The translations under genes were made by a program, and so were the position numbers. Below, in pieces: positions 59,324 to 64,000 of a stretch of DNA of 64,000 bases; position 1 is the stretch's first letter; every line of letters begins with the position of its first letter. The notes beneath the pieces are model-generated. The model searched no databases. It was not told the DNA's origin and saw only the letters and a list, made by a program, of their open reading frames with translations. The DNA comes from Planctomycetota bacterium (lineage in GTDB: Bacteria > Planctomycetota > UBA1135 > UBA2386), in NCBI GenBank assembly GCA_965223545.1, contig OZ245006.1, forward strand, positions 5,184,001-5,248,000, read 5' to 3'.

Positions 59324-60625
59324 ATGACGGTCTGCCCGTTGCCCACTGGTGCATCGGCGGCGCTGGCGCGCGCGCTCGATCGCGCGTGGTTGTTGGCGGC
59401 GGTGCGCCAGCACCTCGCACCCGACGCGGAGGTGCAGACCGCCTCCGCCGACTACGTGCGCTACAAGGCGCAGCACGGTTCGTTGGTCGGTTGGCGAGTA
59501 TGCGTGCGCGACGCGAACGGCGAGCATGCGACCTGGGTCACCGCTCGGTGCGCCGACCCGGCGCGGCTCGCCAACGAGGCGCGCCGGCTGCGCGGCCGCA
59601 AGGAGTCGGTGCACGCCGGGCTGCGCGGCACTCCGGCGCTGGTCGATGACGTGCTGCTGATGGCGTTTCCGGTCGATCGCGCGCTGCGCGGTCTGCGTTG
59701 GCTGCTGCGGGCGTCGCGGGCCAAGGCGCTGGTGCAGGAGCACCGCGCCGAGTGGATCGCGCCGGGCTACCGGGTCTCCAAGCGGCGCAGCCACGCCGAG
59801 CTGGTCCGCTACAAGCCCGAGCGGCGGGCGGTGCTGCGGTGGCGGCTGGGGACGGTGGACGAGGCGCGGCGGGGTGGGCCCGAGGTCACCGCTTTCGTGC
59901 GACTGCACGCCGAGCCGATCGCGGCGCGCGCCGTCGCGGCGCTCAACGCGGCCGCTGCCGGCGGTGTGCGCTGTCCGGCCCGGGCCAAGGCCGTGCACGA
60001 GCGGTTGGCGATCGAAGAGGCCATCGACGGTCGACCCGCCGGCCGTCAGGCCGATCTCGGTGAGCGCGTCGGTGCGCTGCTGGCACGTCTGCACCGCGTT
60101 GCCTGCCCTCCGCAGCTGCCGGAGTGCGATGCGGGCGCGGTGCTGGGTGAGGCGCGCGCCGCGGTCGACGGCCTGCAATTGCTCCAGCCGCGTCTCGGCG
60201 AGGCAGCGGCGCGCGTGCTCGACCGCCTCGGTGCCCGTGCGTCGGCGGCGGTCGCGCCGGTGTTCGCGCACGGCGACTTCCACCGCGGCCAGCTGCTGGA
60301 CGCCGCCTGTGACCTGGGAGTGGTCGACTTCGACCGCGCGGCCGCGGCGCCCGCGGCGCGTGATCTCGCGGAGTACTGTGCCCACGAGATCGGGCTGGAT
60401 CCGAGCCAAGGTGATCCCGAGCAGAGGCTCGATGGCCTGGGCGCCGCGCTGCTCGCCGGCTACGAGGCGGGCGGCGGTGCGCCCCCCGCCGCGCTGGCCT
60501 GGCATCTCGCCGCGGCGCTGCTGCGCCAAGCGGTGCGGCCGTTCCGCGAGCTGCGCGCCGACTGGCCGGAGCAGGCGCAGAGTCTCCTGCACCTGGCGGC
60601 GCGCGTGGCGGAGGCGAAGCAGTGA
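59324..60625 (+). CDS. Aminoglycoside-phosphotransferase-fold (APH) kinase
   Basis: VRYKPERRAV, LLARLH, HGDFHRGQ, VVDFD..A....ARDL; start uncertain. Confidence 0.85.
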   Translation: MTVCPLPTGASAALARALDRAWLLAAVRQHLAPDAEVQTASADYVRYKAQHGSLVGWRVCVRDANGEHATWVTARCADPARLANEARRLRGRKESVHAGLRGTPALVDDVLLMAFPVDRALRGLRWLLRASRAKALVQEHRAEWIAPGYRVSKRRSHAELVRYKPERRAVLRWRLGTVDEARRGGPEVTAFVRLHAEPIAARAVAALNAAAAGGVRCPARAKAVHERLAIEEAIDGRPAGRQADLGERVGALLARLHRVACPPQLPECDAGAVLGEARAAVDGLQLLQPRLGEAAARVLDRLGARASAAVAPVFAHGDFHRGQLLDAACDLGVVDFDRAAAAPAARDLAEYCAHEIGLDPSQGDPEQRLDGLGAALLAGYEAGGGAPPAALAWHLAAALLRQAVRPFRELRADWPEQAQSLLHLAARVAEAKQ

Positions 60626-62388
60626 CCGCGGGGGCGCCCCGCGCAGTGGTCGTTTGCGTGTTGGCCGCCGCCTGCGCCGGCCCACCGCAGCGCAGTGGGG
60701 GCGAGGTCGCGGTCGGCACCTGGGTCGAGGTGCAGGGCGACGTGCAGGACGGCGTGCCGCGGGTGCGCAGTGTCACCGCGCTCGAGCGCTCGGAATCCGA
60801 CAAGGCCGAGAAGATGACGATCACGGCACCGGCGTCCGCCGACGTCGGTCTGCACGACACGCGGCTCGGGGTGCTGGGCCTCGAAGTGGACGTCGAGGCG
60901 GAGACCGAGTTCGAGGACGCCGAGCGCGAGCCCACGCCACGGTTTCCGATCGCGGCCGGCGATTGGGTGCGGGTCAAGACGCGGCAGACCCGCGACCAGC
61001 GCGTTCGCGCACGCGAGGTGCGCCAGCTCGAGCCGCGCAGGCAGTTCGAGATCGAGGGCGAGCTGACGGGGTACGACCGAGCCAGGCAGCGGTTGACCAT
61101 CGGTTCGCTGCAGCTGCCGAATGGCAGCGCTGCCGAGGTGCGCTGGCGCGACGTGGACGACGACGACGAGATCGATCCCAACGATCCGCTGGCGCTGTTC
61201 CGCGCCGACGACCAGAAGGGCGTACCGTTCTCGATTGCGCTCGGCGAGCGGGTCTTGCTCGGCGGCGACCTCGCCCTCAAGGTCGAGCGCCGCGACGAGT
61301 ACGACCTGCGCCGCAGCCGCGATCGGGACCGCACCGACCTCAGCGCCGAGAGCAAGCTGGACCTGCTGTGGAGCTTCGACAAGCGCGGGTCGTTCGTCTT
61401 GTTCGAGGCCAAGGGTGGTGCCAGTCACTCGTTCGAGGAGGGCGATCCCGACCGCGGCACGACGTCCAAGCGGATCTCGCGCGCCTACGCCTATTGGAAT
61501 CCGAGCGACGCGCTGCGCCTGCAGGTCGGGCGGCAGGACTTCGACGGTGATCGCGAGTGGCTGTACGACGAGATCCTCGACGGTGCGCGCGTGCGCTGGC
61601 TGGTCGATGGCTTCGATGTCGAGGCGTTTGCCGCCGCCGGGCGCGAGTTCCTGACCGGTGACAACGGGCTGGAGGACAACTACTTCCTCGGCGCGCTGGC
61701 GCGCTATCACCTCGACGACGACCACCGCGTCACCGCCTACGTCCTGCAGCGCATCGACTCCAATCCGCGCAACTTCGAGCCGTTCCTGGTCGGCCTGCGC
61801 TCGTTCGCCAAGCCGTGGCGCGGGCTCGGTCACTGGCTGGAGTTGGCCCACTCGAGCGGCTACGCCGGATCGACGAAGATCGACGGCTACGGCGTCGACG
61901 TCGGTCTGATGTATCGCTTCGACCTGAGCTGGCGGCCGACGGTCGCCGCGGGCTACGCGCTGGGCACCGGCGAGGACGATCCCGGCCGCATGGGTTTCCG
62001 CCAGTCCGGCATCCAGGACAACAACGGCAAGTTCGGCGGCGTCACCAGCTTCCGCTATTACGGCGAAGTGCTCGAACCCGAGCTCGCCAACCTCGAGGTG
62101 TGGACGATGGCCGTCGGTGTGCGCCCACACCGCCGCTTCTCGGCGGATGTGATCGCGCACGTCTACCGCCAGGACCGCGCCGTGGACCGGTTGATCGACA
62201 CCAAACTGCGGACGCGCCCCAACGGCACTTCGACCGACCTCGGCGTCGGTGTGGATCTGGTGCTCGGCTATCGGCCTTCGCAGTGGGCGCGCATGGAGCT
62301 GATCGCCGGTCGTTTCGATCCGGGTGCGGCCTTTGACAACAACGACGCCGCGCACAAGCTCGAGCTGTCGGCACGGTTCAAGTTCTGA
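60622..62388 (+). CDS. Alginate-export (AlgE-like) outer-membrane porin with N-terminal DUF5666-like domains; lipoprotein signal
   Basis: LQVGRQ.F...REWLYDE.LDG.R, FRQSG.QDN..KF.GV..FRYYGE...PEL.NL; C-terminal F; lipobox LAAAC. Confidence 0.8.
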   Translation: MTAGAPRAVVVCVLAAACAGPPQRSGGEVAVGTWVEVQGDVQDGVPRVRSVTALERSESDKAEKMTITAPASADVGLHDTRLGVLGLEVDVEAETEFEDAEREPTPRFPIAAGDWVRVKTRQTRDQRVRAREVRQLEPRRQFEIEGELTGYDRARQRLTIGSLQLPNGSAAEVRWRDVDDDDEIDPNDPLALFRADDQKGVPFSIALGERVLLGGDLALKVERRDEYDLRRSRDRDRTDLSAESKLDLLWSFDKRGSFVLFEAKGGASHSFEEGDPDRGTTSKRISRAYAYWNPSDALRLQVGRQDFDGDREWLYDEILDGARVRWLVDGFDVEAFAAAGREFLTGDNGLEDNYFLGALARYHLDDDHRVTAYVLQRIDSNPRNFEPFLVGLRSFAKPWRGLGHWLELAHSSGYAGSTKIDGYGVDVGLMYRFDLSWRPTVAAGYALGTGEDDPGRMGFRQSGIQDNNGKFGGVTSFRYYGEVLEPELANLEVWTMAVGVRPHRRFSADVIAHVYRQDRAVDRLIDTKLRTRPNGTSTDLGVGVDLVLGYRPSQWARMELIAGRFDPGAAFDNNDAAHKLELSARFKF

Positions 62389-64000
62389 TGGGCAAGAAGC
62401 GCAAGGTCACCGAGTCGCTGCCGGGTCTGTGGCAGACGCTGCGCCACTTCGCCCCGTACGCCGGCCGGGAGAAGCCCCTGGTCGCCGGCGCCATCACCGC
62501 GCTGGTGGCGAGCGTGCTGCTGCGGTTGGCGGAGCCGTGGCCGCTGAAGTTCGTCCTCGACCGCGTGGTTCCCGCGGATGCGCCCGCAGGTCTGCACTCG
62601 CTGCCATGGATCGACGACCTGTCGCCGACGGCGTTGATCGCCATCGCCGCCGTCGCCCTGGTGGCGATGACGCTGCTGCGGGCGATGTGCGACTACTACC
62701 GCAAGGTCGGTTTCTCCAAGATCGGCAACCGTGTGTTGCGACGCGTGCGGGACGAAGTGTTCTTGCACGTGCAGCGACTGTCGGTCGCGTTCCACGCGCG
62801 GTCGCGCCGGGGCGACATGCTGGTCCGCGTGACCCGCGACGTCAGTCTGTTGAGAGACGTCACCGCGACCGCGCTGCTGCCCATGCTGGCCAACGTCCTG
62901 GTGTTGGTCGGCATGGTCACGACGATGCTGTTGCTGCACTGGCAGCTGGCGCTGGTGGCGTTCGCGGCGGTGCCGCTGTTCGCCCTGTCGACGATCCGCA
63001 CGGGCGGCAAGATCCACGAAGTGGCGCGCAAGCAACGGCGGCGAGAGGGCGCGATGGCGTCCACCGCGGCCGAGTCGATCGACGCCATCGAATCGGTGCA
63101 GGCGCTGGGGCTGGAGGACGCGTTTCGCAACGACTTCTCCAATCGCAACGCGCAGAGTCAGAAGGAAGATCTCAAGGGCGCCAAGTTGGCCGCCGGCCTC
63201 AACCGCACGGTCGACGTGCTCACCTCGGTGGCTACCGCGCTGGTGCTCTTCTACGGCAGCCAGCTGATCCTCGACAAGGAGCTGACGCCGGGCGATCTGA
63301 TCGTGTTCTTGGCGTACCTCAAGCGGGCGTTCAATCCGATCAAGGACTTCGCCAAGTACTCGGCGCGCTTGGCCAAAGGCGCTGCGGCCGGCGAACGCGT
63401 GCTGGCCCTGCTCGGCGAAGTGCCCGATGTGCGCGACGCACCCGACGCGCGGCCGGCCCCGGCGCTGCGCGGCGACGTGCGGCTGGACGCGGTCGACTTC
63501 TCGTATCTCGCGGGGCACCCGGTGTTGGCGGGGGTGGACCTGCACATCGCGCCGGGCGAGACGGTGGCGTTCGTCGGCGCGTCGGGCATCGGCAAGTCGA
63601 CGCTGCTCGGCCTCGTGCCGCGGTTGCACGACCCCGACCGCGGCGTCGTGCGGCTCGATGGTCACGATGTGCGGGAGTTCACCTTGCGGTCGCTGCGCGG
63701 CCAGATCAGCGTCGTGCTGCAGGAGACCGTGCTGTTCGCCGCGTCGGTGGCCGACAACATCGCGCTCGGCACCGAGGGCAAGGAGCGCGTCGAGATCGAG
63801 GCGGCGGCGCGCCTGGCCCGCGCCGACGAGTTCATCCGGGCGTTGCCCGAGGGCTACGACACGGTGGTGGGCGAGCGCGGCGCGACCTTGTCGCACGGCC
63901 AGCGGCAGCGCGTCTCGATCGCGCGGGCCGCGTTGCGCGACACGCCGATCCTGCTGCTCGACGAGCCGACCACGGGGCTCGACGAGGAGAACGAACGCGT
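62388..64000 (+). CDS. ABC transporter fused permease/ATP-binding protein (partial, runs off the window)
   Basis: Hand translation from ATG 62388 (TGATG overlap): LRLAEPWPLKFVLD; Walker A GASGIGKST; VGERGATLSHGQRQR; LLLDEPT. Confidence 0.93.
   Translation, partial: MGKKRKVTESLPGLWQTLRHFAPYAGREKPLVAGAITALVASVLLRLAEPWPLKFVLDRVVPADAPAGLHSLPWIDDLSPTALIAIAAVALVAMTLLRAMCDYYRKVGFSKIGNRVLRRVRDEVFLHVQRLSVAFHARSRRGDMLVRVTRDVSLLRDVTATALLPMLANVLVLVGMVTTMLLLHWQLALVAFAAVPLFALSTIRTGGKIHEVARKQRRREGAMASTAAESIDAIESVQALGLEDAFRNDFSNRNAQSQKEDLKGAKLAAGLNRTVDVLTSVATALVLFYGSQLILDKELTPGDLIVFLAYLKRAFNPIKDFAKYSARLAKGAAAGERVLALLGEVPDVRDAPDARPAPALRGDVRLDAVDFSYLAGHPVLAGVDLHIAPGETVAFVGASGIGKSTLLGLVPRLHDPDRGVVRLDGHDVREFTLRSLRGQISVVLQETVLFAASVADNIALGTEGKERVEIEAAARLARADEFIRALPEGYDTVVGERGATLSHGQRQRVSIARAALRDTPILLLDEPTTGLDEENER

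Noticed and set aside
59324..60625. Aminoglycoside resistance gene
   Set aside because: Only the general APH/choline-kinase fold motifs are present; the protein is much longer than resistance APHs and sits in a porin/ABC operon.

Overview
GC-rich bacterial chromosome segment. Gene content (Ser/Thr-kinase-TPR protein, topoisomerase VI, many FG-GAP/Kelch/CotH/BNR secreted proteins) suggests a planctomycete-like organism; this is inference, not a classification. About 47 CDS and one tRNA-Leu(GAG). Housekeeping genes include an aspartate-type aminotransferase, ilvE, ggt, xseAB, lipB, trxA, mrp/apbC, an HU protein, a MinD/FlhG ATPase and a sigma70-family factor. Also present: a ParDE toxin-antitoxin pair, top6B-top6A, a selenocysteine NAD-linked formate dehydrogenase (in-frame TGA plus SECIS), and the start of an APH/porin/ABC cluster. 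Most unusual: (1) a strongly self-complementary ~195-bp non-coding element forming a 6-copy head-to-tail array at 31624-32795, with diverged inverted copies at 46203-46499 where a fic gene is cut off, and every junction at a CT dinucleotide; (2) a shared ~120-aa C-terminal domain on 3-4 unrelated secreted proteins; (3) domain fusions (HARP-like-XseA, PLD-thermonuclease-OB, basic-tailed Topo VI). Start codons were chosen by eye and no database searches were run.
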